From a virus (lineage: Duplodnaviria; Caudoviricetes), in the IMG/VR virus record IMGVR_UViG_3300031452_000036, positions 1 to 42,766 of that record: a DNA stretch of 42,766 bases. One strand, given 5' to 3'. This document shows, piece by piece, positions 26,549 through 34,392 of this stretch (position 1 is its first letter; each line of letters starts with the position of its first letter). The notes below the pieces were generated by a model. It was not told the origin of the DNA and ran no database searches. It saw only the letters and a list, made by a program, of their open reading frames with translations. The translations under genes and the position numbers were made by a program.

Positions 26549-27601
26549 CTACCGTGGCGTAAACGATGTGCTCGTGGTGAAGGTCTGGCCCTGGTAGGTG
26601 ATCTGCACGTCGATCACGACCGTGTAGCCCTTGCTGGCCCTGCTGATGTCGCGCGTGCAACTCATGGTGCCGTCAGCGCCGCTCACGCCGCTAGTGCAAC
26701 CGGGCGAGGTGGTCTTGTAGTTCCATGTCGTCGCCATCGTCGCCCCGGCCACGCCTTGCCCATTATTCTTGAGCGTGCCGGTGACGGTGACGCGCGTGTT
26801 CTGGGTGGGGCTGTCATTGGAGACGGTGGCCGATACCTGATAGTTGGCGACGGGAGACGGCGCGGGCGAAGGGCTCGCGCTCGGCGGCAGGGGCACAGGC
26901 GAAGGTGAGGGCGGGGCGGGGGGCGTTGGCGTGCCGCCCGTCTGGCCGCCCGGATACTTCCCGGTGAATTGCTCACCTCCGAGCAGTCCGAGCAAGACTT
27001 GATAGGTCGGGTCGGCGACTTCCGGGTGATACTCGAAGCGCGCCCGCTCGAAGTATTGCGTGCGGTACGTCTTGCCATCGGTCGGGTTGATCTCGTCGAA
27101 CGGCTCGGAGATCGGCAGCCCCTGCTGGGCCAGTCCGCCGTGCATCTGCCAGTAGGCGAAGAAGCGGTCGTCCACGCATTGCCCGGTCTGCTGGAAGCAG
27201 TTGACGCCCGTCGCGGGCACGGCGGGGCGTCCACCGGGATACTTCACCGGGAACTGCTCGCTGCCGAGGAGTCCGAGGAGTACCTGATATTGCGGATCAT
27301 TGATCTCGGGGTGGTACTCGAAACGCGCACGCTCGAAATACTGCGTCAGGTAGATTTGCCCGTTGGTGGGATTGGTTTCGTTGAAGGCATCGCTGATCGG
27401 TAGCCCTTGCTGGGCGAGGCCGCCGTTGGCCTGCCAGTAGCTGAGGAACGGATCGCAGACCTGTTTCCCCGTAGCGGCGAACGTCTGGCAGGAGGCGGCA
27501 ACCGCCGCCCGTGGCGCGATGCCCCCAAACGCCAAGCCGGTGAGCAACAAAACACCGCAAAGGACCATGCGCACTACCAGCGACCGGCATCCCCGTACCA
27601 T
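26549..27601 (-). CDS. Secreted protein with two Chloroflexota-type cell-surface repeats and a C-terminal Ig-like domain
   Basis: Signal peptide; two copies of F..YW...GGL.QQGLPIS...QYFERARFEYHPE...V.LGLLG; Pro linker; beta-rich C-terminus. Confidence 0.75.
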   Translation of the reverse strand: MVRGCRSLVVRMVLCGVLLLTGLAFGGIAPRAAVAASCQTFAATGKQVCDPFLSYWQANGGLAQQGLPISDAFNETNPTNGQIYLTQYFERARFEYHPEINDPQYQVLLGLLGSEQFPVKYPGGRPAVPATGVNCFQQTGQCVDDRFFAYWQMHGGLAQQGLPISEPFDEINPTDGKTYRTQYFERARFEYHPEVADPTYQVLLGLLGGEQFTGKYPGGQTGGTPTPPAPPSPSPVPLPPSASPSPAPSPVANYQVSATVSNDSPTQNTRVTVTGTLKNNGQGVAGATMATTWNYKTTSPGCTSGVSGADGTMSCTRDISRASKGYTVVIDVQITYQGQTFTTSTSFTPR

Positions 27602-27736
27602 CTGCTCCCCCTTCCACTATCAACGAGTCACCACTTGTAGCCCAGGCGGCGATTGTAGCAGGACGTGGCAGGGGTGACGCAAGACGCCCCCCGGCACCAG
27701 GGCGATGCGGGGGCGCTTTGCGTGGTTCATCCTTTT

Positions 27737-28063
27737 TTAGCGCATGTTATCGATGTAGCTTTTGATTACTACTGCGAGTGTGAGCAGGCTACCGATCACG
27801 GCACTAAGGAGAATACTATCGAAATCTTGCGACGAGAGATAGATTTGCCCGCCACGGATGAGCGCGCTGTCGCCCGTTACGTACAAATACGACAGGCGTG
27901 CGGCAGGCAAGATCACGGTCGCCATGGCGGCGCTCACCCCGAACGAACCCAGTACCGCTTGTTGCCAGTCGTTGATTGTGAGCTTTTTGGTACGCCGGTA
28001 GCGGATTGCCACAAAGACGATGACGAGCGGCAAGCCTATCAGGAGCCCGACCGTGAACGGCAT
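27737..28063 (-). CDS. Three-TM membrane protein
   Basis: Three hydrophobic segments; lower GC. Confidence 0.55.
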   Translation of the reverse strand: MPFTVGLLIGLPLVIVFVAIRYRRTKKLTINDWQQAVLGSFGVSAAMATVILPAARLSYLYVTGDSALIRGGQIYLSSQDFDSILLSAVIGSLLTLAVVIKSYIDNMR

Positions 28064-28069
28064 AATCGT

Positions 28070-28339
28070 CTAGTGGTCGGTTGGTGTCGAGTTCTTCGCG
28101 CCCCGCTGCTTGTCGCTTTGCCGATCAACGACCTCGCCCACCACGCCACCAGCCACGAAGCCGACCACCGCACCGATCGGACCACCGAGCATCCCGGCGA
28201 CACTCGCGCCGATGAGTGCGCCCCCGATGGTGGAGGGAGTAACCATCTCACGCTTATTGCGACGCTTGCTTGTTCGCCGCACTGGTTTTCGTTGGGGAGT
28301 GGCCGGAGCAACCCGCTCCCGTTCGCGTGTGAGGGCCAT
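28070..28339 (-). CDS. Small glycine-zipper membrane protein
   Basis: IGGALIGASVAGMLGGPIGAVVGFVAGGVVG; start uncertain. Confidence 0.5.
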   Translation of the reverse strand: MALTRERERVAPATPQRKPVRRTSKRRNKREMVTPSTIGGALIGASVAGMLGGPIGAVVGFVAGGVVGEVVDRQSDKQRGAKNSTPTDH

Positions 28340-28358
28340 ATTTTGCCTGCCTTCCCTT

Positions 28359-28390
28359 GCATACGGCGATAACGCGTTATCGCCGTATGC
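28359..28390. repeat. Perfect 32-bp palindrome
   Basis: GCATACGGCGATAACGCGTTATCGCCGTATGC. Confidence 0.9.
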
Positions 28391-28592
28391 TTGATAATAG
28401 CCGAGCGCAATAACGGTCCGTATAGTGTACGTCATCGCGGAAAGAATAGATACGACTATACGCTTGGCGTTTGGAGCCGTTGGCAAGCTCGGGCTCGTAC
28501 ACCTTGGTCTTGTCCCAGTAGCGCAACTGGCGCACGCTCAGCCCGGTCAAGATACCGACGCGCTCGATACTGAAGGCGAAAATGTCGTCCAT
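28377..28592 (-). pseudogene. Truncated MerR-type HTH protein (MerR-DUF433-like N-terminus)
   Basis: AFSIERVGILTGLSVRQLRYWDKT...RIYSFRD, after which the resemblance ends; GAGGAGG RBS. Confidence 0.6.
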
Positions 28593-28616
28593 ATCGCCCC
28601 TCCTCGTGAACTAAGC

Positions 28617-28630
28617 AGAACATACGTTCT
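28617..28630. promoter_or_regulatory. LexA (SOS) box
   Basis: AGAAC-ATAC-GTTCT, a perfect GAAC-N4-GTTC, just downstream of a minus-strand TTGACG-N18-GATAAT promoter. Confidence 0.7.
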
Positions 28631-28705
28631 TTGCGAGCTAATTATCCGCGCACGTTCGGGCATTCGTCAAGGGGGATGAAGACAAACACGGGACAAAAGT
28701 ACCAG

Positions 28706-28921
28706 CTAGACGCGTCGCCTGCGGATACGCGCCTCGGCATTGCGACATAAACGACACCGATCCAGTGCATAGTATTTGCCGCGTGCCTTGTGCTGGGGGA
28801 ACTCCGTTAGCGGTAGCACGGTCCCGCAATCACGACAAGCTTTCTCGTGTCGCACAGCGGCAGAGTAAGGATGGGACTCCCGATACTTGTCGGCCATGCA
28901 CTCTTTGCACTGCCCCGTCAC
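28706..28921 (-). CDS. Small Cys-rich Zn-finger protein / endonuclease N-terminal remnant
   Basis: KACRDCGTVLPLTEF...CRLCR, similar to the N-terminal fingers of the nucleases at 21334 and 24116. Confidence 0.45.
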   Translation of the reverse strand: MTGQCKECMADKYRESHPYSAAVRHEKACRDCGTVLPLTEFPQHKARGKYYALDRCRLCRNAEARIRRRRV

Positions 28922-29125
28922 CCTACCTAATCCCCTCGTTAGCGTAGCGGGTGACGCTGGCGGGGTCCAGGGCCGAAGGTCCGGTACGATGGTCCGGGGT
29001 GCGGCGCGGCTGGGGCGAGTCGCACGCCCATCGCGGGAGGGATGAGGTATGGAGACCCTGTACCCCCGCTGTGCCGCTCGCCGCCGCGCTACTCAGGGAT
29101 AGGCAAGGGGCGTGCCGCTAGGGAC

Positions 29126-29374
29126 TCAGGCGTTACGTTCGTTTATCAGACGCTCCACCTCGTGCTCCATGTAGAGCCGGTTGTGCTTCTCCGCGATGGG
29201 GCGTAGTCCTTCGACCAGAGCGCTGAATCGCGCTGTCTCGGCATGAGGGTCATAGATGTTCCGCGCAAAGTCGATGGTGGTAGTAACGGTATTGGCCGCT
29301 CGTGCGGGTTCTTCGCGCAACAGGGTCTCGAAATCCTCAAGGTGCTGCTGATGTTCGCTATGGTGCATCGACAT
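29126..29374 (-). CDS. Hypothetical protein
   Basis: 82 aa with GGGAGG RBS and upstream TACAAT. Confidence 0.55.
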   Translation of the reverse strand: MSMHHSEHQQHLEDFETLLREEPARAANTVTTTIDFARNIYDPHAETARFSALVEGLRPIAEKHNRLYMEHEVERLINERNA

Positions 29375-29514
29375 GCTCGCCCCTCCCTTATACAAACCAA
29401 CGCGATCGCTATTGTACTCGTCTCCCCGCGCCCTGCCCCGCACGGTGGGGCGCTCGCCGGTCGGAGCGCCCCACCGTCGCACTTGTCGTCAAGAAAGCGA
29501 GGGCTGCGTCGCGA

Positions 29515-29898
29515 TCAGCGGCGGAACTCCACGACCCAGCGCATCCGGGTCGGCAGGAACAGCCGGGCGAACCAGCCGCGCGGGATGGGTTGCTGGTAGA
29601 CGCGGGCGACGTGCCAGCCGGTCCCCGCGAGCACGGTCGCCAGGTGCCGCATGTCGGGGCGGTGGGCGTAGTAGCAGCGCACGACGCGCGGGTTGGCGGT
29701 GCGGTGCGCGCCGTGCGGACGGTGCGTCGTGGTGTAGTAGACGCCCGTACCGGGGATACCGGCGGTGAGGCGCAGCCCGCGCCGCCCGACACCCGCGCGC
29801 AGGCCGTGACCGCCCACAGACACGCTCGGCCCGGACTTCGACAGGTTCAGACGGGCGAGGCCGCCCAGGTTGACGGCGCGGCGGAAACGTAGGCCCAT
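29515..29898 (-). CDS. DUF4236-domain protein
   Basis: MGLRFRRAVNLGGLARLNLSKSGPSVSVG...RLTAGIPGTGVYY. Confidence 0.75.
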   Translation of the reverse strand: MGLRFRRAVNLGGLARLNLSKSGPSVSVGGHGLRAGVGRRGLRLTAGIPGTGVYYTTTHRPHGAHRTANPRVVRCYYAHRPDMRHLATVLAGTGWHVARVYQQPIPRGWFARLFLPTRMRWVVEFRR

Positions 29899-29995
29899 CA
29901 CATCCCCCTTACGCCGCGCGTGCGGCTTCGACCTCACGTACTCGTAGGCGGTCAGGTACCAATGCTGGTATCCGTCCGCATCGCCATCGCCAGCG

Positions 29996-30382
29996 CTAGT
30001 CCTTTTTCTTTCTGCCTTGCGGCAACTTCGGCATCTCTTCTAACGTGACCGCGAAGAACACCAGTATGCGCCCATCTGGCTCACGCAAAGGCGATAGCGA
30101 GACGTTGACCACTTGCAAAGGGCCACGAATGCGCCCTGCCATGAATTCATGCCCGCTAACCGCATTACATGCGCTTGTGATAGCTTTGTCCACTTCGGGG
30201 AATGATCCGAGTACGTGATTAATGTGATGACGCTCGCTGTACTCGGTCTGGTACGTGACACCGCAATAACCTGTTGCGAACCAACGAGATTGTCGATGCG
30301 TCGGCTTGATGCCGGTGATTCGTATGGACGGGCCATTGGCATCCTCGTGCAGAAGTATCGTGGCGTCGTTGAAAGCGTCCAT
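29996..30382 (-). CDS. Hypothetical protein
   Basis: MDAFNDATILL... with GGGAGG RBS right after SWIM paralog 3. Confidence 0.55.
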   Translation of the reverse strand: MDAFNDATILLHEDANGPSIRITGIKPTHRQSRWFATGYCGVTYQTEYSERHHINHVLGSFPEVDKAITSACNAVSGHEFMAGRIRGPLQVVNVSLSPLREPDGRILVFFAVTLEEMPKLPQGRKKKD

Positions 30383-30393
30383 CGTTCCCTCCC

Positions 30394-30828
30394 TTACGCC
30401 GCGCGCTGGCTGATCAGCGCGTCCCGCTCGATCAGACTGAGGCGAACGCGCCGTCGGTATTCGCCGCGCGCCACCAGCAACGCCACCCGATCCTCGATGC
30501 GGCTGCGCCCGGTGCGCGCTTGGTAGGTAGCGACACACAGCGCGTGCTTCTTGCCGTAACGGACGAGCTGCGCATCGGTGAGCCAGATCACCTCCCGCTG
30601 CGCCTGCTCGTTGGCCCACGCCGCGACAATCGCCGTTTCGTGCCAGCAGGTGTGATTGCACTCGCTCGCGCGGCAGGTGCAGAATGTCGCGCCGGTCTGG
30701 GTGTCGAGGCTGATGATGTTGGTGCGGCTGGCGTCGTGCTGGCTCGCCACAGCGTAGGCGACGATCCCGGTCGTGGTGTCGGCGCTCAGGAAGCGGAGGG
30801 CGGGGCGGGCGGTCTGGGTGGTGTTCAT
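30394..30828 (-). CDS. SWIM-type zinc-finger protein, paralog 3
   Basis: CTCRASECNHTCWH; WLTDAQLVRYGKKH...ARGEYRRR conserved with the paralogs. Confidence 0.7.
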   Translation of the reverse strand: MNTTQTARPALRFLSADTTTGIVAYAVASQHDASRTNIISLDTQTGATFCTCRASECNHTCWHETAIVAAWANEQAQREVIWLTDAQLVRYGKKHALCVATYQARTGRSRIEDRVALLVARGEYRRRVRLSLIERDALISQRAA

Positions 30829-30906
30829 GTTATCCTGTTCCTTGGCTTTCGGGCTATGAAGAGCGGTACTTGCTGTCCAGGCGGGCCGCTCTTCTTCATT
30901 GATAGC

Positions 30907-30976
30907 ATTGTATAGCATTTATCGCTACGTGTCAAGCGTTTTCTTGCTTGTATTTGCGTTACTTTTGCGATACACT
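30907..30976. promoter_or_regulatory. Divergent sigma70 promoter pair (module 3)
   Basis: Minus TTGACA-N17-TACAAT; plus TTGTAT-N17-TACACT; ATAGCATT repeats. Confidence 0.75.
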
Positions 30977-30996
30977 ACATAGAAGGAGGTAGCGCT

Positions 30997-31146
30997 ATGC
31001 CAGAAGAGAAAAAACCCGTATCGTTCCGGTTTCCGGTGGAGTTCGTCGAATTATTGACGCGATTGAAAGATCACACGAAGTTCTCGTACACGACAATCAT
31101 CGTTCTCGCTGTGCGGGAATGGGCGAAAAAGCAGGGGGTCAAGTGA
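30997..31146 (+). CDS. Ribbon-helix-helix (Arc/CopG-like) repressor, 49 aa (absent from the ORF track)
   Basis: AGGAGGT RBS; MPEEKKPVSFRFPVEFVELLTRLKDHTKFSYTTIIVLAVREWAKKQGVK. Confidence 0.7.
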   Translation: MPEEKKPVSFRFPVEFVELLTRLKDHTKFSYTTIIVLAVREWAKKQGVK

Positions 31147-31358
31147 AAACGAGGGACTCGTTACAAGCCGAGATCGCCTACCTACGCGCATTGCTGGTGC
31201 AGATCGAGGAACCAGTAGCGCCCAGTGAGGTTGACGGCACGCTGCACTGTCTCTGGTGTTCCCGTGAAGAGTCCAAGACGTTCGGCACCGGCCTTTACAC
31301 CATCAACCACGACGCCGATTGCCTGTGGCTCGCCATTCGCAAGGAGCGCCAGCCATGA
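31143..31358 (+). CDS. Hypothetical protein
   Basis: GTGA overlap; CLWC...H...C possible Zn site. Confidence 0.5.
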   Translation: MKTRDSLQAEIAYLRALLVQIEEPVAPSEVDGTLHCLWCSREESKTFGTGLYTINHDADCLWLAIRKERQP

Positions 31359-31407
31359 ACGCCGCGCCCGCCCGTCACCCCGGTACCCGATAAAGAGGAG
31401 GACACCG

Positions 31408-31680
31408 ATGGAACGCGAGACCAATGATCCACGCGAGGTTATCTACGACCAGACGCTGTACCCGCTGATTGCGCGCATCCAGGGTATCTGCAAGGAGCAC
31501 AAGATCGCCCACGTCCTGTCGTTCGAGATCGGCAAGGACGACGACGGGAACGAGGTGCGTGTCAATTCCGGCATGTGGAATCCGGGCGACTCCCAGACGA
31601 TCGCCAAGGCCATCGACCTGATCACCGAGAAGCCCGTAACGTTCGGTCTCACGATCTACAAGACACCCCCCGCGCCCTGA
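31408..31680 (+). CDS. Hypothetical phage protein
   Basis: GAGGAGG RBS; E.IYDQ.L.PLIARI..ICKEHKI. Confidence 0.6.
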   Translation: MERETNDPREVIYDQTLYPLIARIQGICKEHKIAHVLSFEIGKDDDGNEVRVNSGMWNPGDSQTIAKAIDLITEKPVTFGLTIYKTPPAP

Positions 31681-31698
31681 CACACAGGAGGAGGCATT

Positions 31699-32064
31699 AT
31701 GGCTGAGGCGCTTTGCTACGTTTCGGGGTCGTGGCTGTACTTCACGACACAACCGCTCGACAAACAGTGGGGCGACGATTGGAACGATGCCCCTTACGAG
31801 CATAATGCAGGTGCACCATACGACGGGAACGACTGGGCCATCTCCGTGTACGCCTGGCAGGGGCCATTCGAGGAGCCGAGCGAAGGGCAGTTGAACTCCG
31901 GGTATTCCGTCGAGCATATCAATCAGCGCATGGTGCCCTGGCTACAATCCAGCCGATACGGCGCAACGCCGGGCGCGGTGAAGGTATGGGCGGGTATGAC
32001 CGTTGCCGAGGTTTCGGCGCTGATCCGCAAGGGCGGGGGCACATTCTTTGTTCCGAGCCACTGA
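31699..32064 (+). CDS. Hypothetical phage protein
   Basis: AGGAGG RBS; LCYV...YFTT...QWGDDWNDAPYEHNAG. Confidence 0.65.
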   Translation: MAEALCYVSGSWLYFTTQPLDKQWGDDWNDAPYEHNAGAPYDGNDWAISVYAWQGPFEEPSEGQLNSGYSVEHINQRMVPWLQSSRYGATPGAVKVWAGMTVAEVSALIRKGGGTFFVPSH

Positions 32065-32128
32065 CTGCCACCGAGCGCGTTGCAGGCCCGGCCGGGGGAA
32101 CCTGACCCGGCCTTTGCGTGGAGCGCAG

Positions 32129-32163
32129 CGACACCCCCCGGCCATCAGGGCCGGGGGGTGTCG
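32129..32163. terminator. Hairpin between convergent genes
   Basis: CGACACCCCCCGGCC-ATCAG-GGCCGGGGGGTGTCG. Confidence 0.6.
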
Positions 32164-32190
32164 TCTCTGTGCTTGCCCTGCGGTGACCGC

Positions 32191-32400
32191 CTATGCGGCC
32201 TGTTCCTGCCGCACGGACTCTCGCGCCGTCGCCGCGCCCGCGTAGCCGACGCAGGTGCCGACCTTGCGCCCCTGGTCGTCGCGGACCGCGTGCCGCACCA
32301 CATAGGCCGGGTCACGGTCCGGCGCGGTCGGCAGCCGCGTGTAATACGCCTCCGCCGGCAGCGGGCGGCCACAACGGGGGCACCGTCGCTCCGTCGTCAT
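32191..32400 (-). CDS. Small Zn-finger-like protein
   Basis: CPRCG...VVRH...GTCVGYAGAA; similar to the C-terminus of the 19268 nuclease. Confidence 0.55.
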   Translation of the reverse strand: MTTERRCPRCGRPLPAEAYYTRLPTAPDRDPAYVVRHAVRDDQGRKVGTCVGYAGAATARESVRQEQAA

Positions 32401-32424
32401 GGCGCACCCCCCTTCCCTGCGTCG

Positions 32425-32640
32425 TCAATCGGCGACCGGCGCGCGCTGCGCCGCCTCGCGCGCCTCGTCCTCCGCGCCTTCCGCCGCCAGCGCCCAATCG
32501 CGCCAGATCGTCGGCTGCGCGTCCAGTTCCCACGGCGTGACCCCCAGATACCGCGCTGCCCGGATCAGCACGTACCAGTCGGGCAGGGGGCCGCCGAGTT
32601 CGCCCCCCGTCAGGAGGTGCCGTCTGATCCCTGTCCGGGT
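32425..32640 (-). CDS. Tail assembly chaperone C-terminal (gpT-like) segment, probably reached by -1 frameshift
   Basis: LPDWYVLIRAARYLGVTPWEL...WALAAEGAE in the -1 frame overlapping the chaperone end; no own RBS or start. Confidence 0.6.
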   Translation of the reverse strand, partial: TRTGIRRHLLTGGELGGPLPDWYVLIRAARYLGVTPWELDAQPTIWRDWALAAEGAEDEAREAAQRAPVAD

Positions 32641-32942
32641 GTCGGAGGGACCGTCATGCCGCTCACGACCGCGTTGATCGCGGCGACGTTGAACGCCACG
32701 GGCAGCGCATTGAGGCTGTCGAAGTCGAGCGGGTAGGGCTTGCCGTCGTCGCCCTCCACGTCCCAGTCCATCAGCGAGTGCGCCAGGAAATCGGCCATAC
32801 CACCCGTGATCGCCTTGTTGGTGCCCAGCCCCGCCGCTTCGAGCGCCGCGCTGGTGAACGGGCGAAAGACGAGATTGACCTCTTCCTCCTGCCACTCGAA
32901 CGACGCCTCGCACCGCTGGTCGATGATCTGCCGTACTTTCAT
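32610..32942 (-). CDS. Tail assembly chaperone (gpG-like)
   Basis: Follows the tail tube; LMDWDVEGDDGKPYPL...LNALP motif. Confidence 0.7.
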   Translation of the reverse strand: MKVRQIIDQRCEASFEWQEEEVNLVFRPFTSAALEAAGLGTNKAITGGMADFLAHSLMDWDVEGDDGKPYPLDFDSLNALPVAFNVAAINAVVSGMTVPPTPGQGSDGTS

Positions 32943-33036
32943 CTCGCGTCTCTCTCCCGCTGTTGTCGCCCTCGGGTATCAAGGCGCCGGGCGTTGCCCC
33001 GCCCCGCCCGCCGCCGCCTCGTCGCCGCCCAAAGAT

Positions 33037-34392
33037 CTAAAGCGCCGACAGGGTGTTGATGAGCGTGGCCTGGATGGCCCGCCCGAACGTGGGGTCGTGG
33101 ACCCCCACGAACGGCCACTCGATCGCGTAGACGCCCGCATCGTCCGCGAACTTGTTCGCCTTGACGATCTTCGCGGCGATGTCGAGCTGGAACAGGTAGC
33201 TGCTGATGAGCCCCGTGCCGTTGATGACCGGGACCGCGCCGCTCCCCGCCGCGGGGATTGCGCCGATCACCGCCGCCGCGCCGGTGGTCGGGGTGATGGC
33301 ACCGAGCGAGAGGAGGACGCCGCCCGCCTGGCTGACGTAGGCCGCCACCCCGGTCGCGTTCGCGGGGAGCGCGGGGAGCGCCGCGACGTTGATCACGTTG
33401 GTGCTCGTGCCCGCCGGGACCACGATGGTGCCGGTCGGGCCGACGACGGTCGAGCCGGTCGCGTTGGTGTAGCTGAGCGCCACCTGATAGGTGCCCGGCG
33501 CGATCGTGCCGCCCGTCGTGGCGGTCGTCAGGGTCGGCGCGGGCGGCGCGGACGCGACCACCGTGGCCGCGGCGTAGATCTGCGGCCCGGTCACCTGGAC
33601 ACGCACGAACTTGGTCGCCCCGGCGCGCAGGGTGTTCAGCAGCGCCATGCCGGCCGCGTCGGCCTCGACCCTGATCGCCAGGTCGAGTTTCGGCAGCGTT
33701 TCGATGTGCGCCGCCCAGGACGGATTGGCGCTGTTGAGCGTCCACAACGGGCCGAACTTGCTGGCGAGCTTGAAACTGCCCGACAGGGAGCGCAGGAACT
33801 TGGTCTGACCGATCGCGCCGGGCGTGTCGTCGAGGAACGTGTCCATCTGCGCGGGGATCATCGGGAAAAGCGGCTGGCTGACCGGGCTGCCGGTCATGGT
33901 GACGCCGTCCTGTAGCCGTTGCCCGAACATGGTCGCGTTCAGGTCGAACTTCTGGCGACTCCAGGTCAGGCCGAACTCCGAGAAGATCCCGTAGGGGAAG
34001 CGCTGCGCGCGCACCGGCGAGCCCTGCTCGACCGTGTAGGTCTGCGGCGTGTCCTCGGTCGTGGTGCTCGGCTGGAACTGCCAGCGATATGCCCCGGTCG
34101 GCGTCGCCCCGTCCATGATCTGCGTCGGCGCGGCGCTGGCGAAGCACGACGCGAGGATGTACTGCAACTCGTTGAACGTCGGGATGCCGATGACCGTCGC
34201 CGCCGACCACTCGCGCCCTTCCGGCACCACCGCGTCGTACTTGGTGCCGTAGGGGCGGAAGGCGTTGGTCTCGGCCATGATCTCCGGCTCGATGGAGATC
34301 GACTGCAAGCGGCGATTCGCGGGGACCAGCGTCCCCGGCGAGACTTCGATCCCCAGCTGAACACCCTGGGTAACTGTGGCGCGCTCTGGCAT
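33037..34392 (-). CDS. Major tail tube protein with an inserted Ig/FN3-like domain
   Basis: VQLGIEVSPGT..., QTYTVEQGS; inserted APPAPTLTTATTGGTIAPGTYQVALSYTNATGST segment; AGGAG RBS before ATG 34392. Confidence 0.75.
   Translation of the reverse strand: MPERATVTQGVQLGIEVSPGTLVPANRRLQSISIEPEIMAETNAFRPYGTKYDAVVPEGREWSAATVIGIPTFNELQYILASCFASAAPTQIMDGATPTGAYRWQFQPSTTTEDTPQTYTVEQGSPVRAQRFPYGIFSEFGLTWSRQKFDLNATMFGQRLQDGVTMTGSPVSQPLFPMIPAQMDTFLDDTPGAIGQTKFLRSLSGSFKLASKFGPLWTLNSANPSWAAHIETLPKLDLAIRVEADAAGMALLNTLRAGATKFVRVQVTGPQIYAAATVVASAPPAPTLTTATTGGTIAPGTYQVALSYTNATGSTVVGPTGTIVVPAGTSTNVINVAALPALPANATGVAAYVSQAGGVLLSLGAITPTTGAAAVIGAIPAAGSGAVPVINGTGLISSYLFQLDIAAKIVKANKFADDAGVYAIEWPFVGVHDPTFGRAIQATLINTLSAL

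Noticed and set aside
28910-29125. Possible structured RNA between small ORFs
   Set aside because: One imperfect hairpin only, with no second copy or covariation; expected by chance at this GC content
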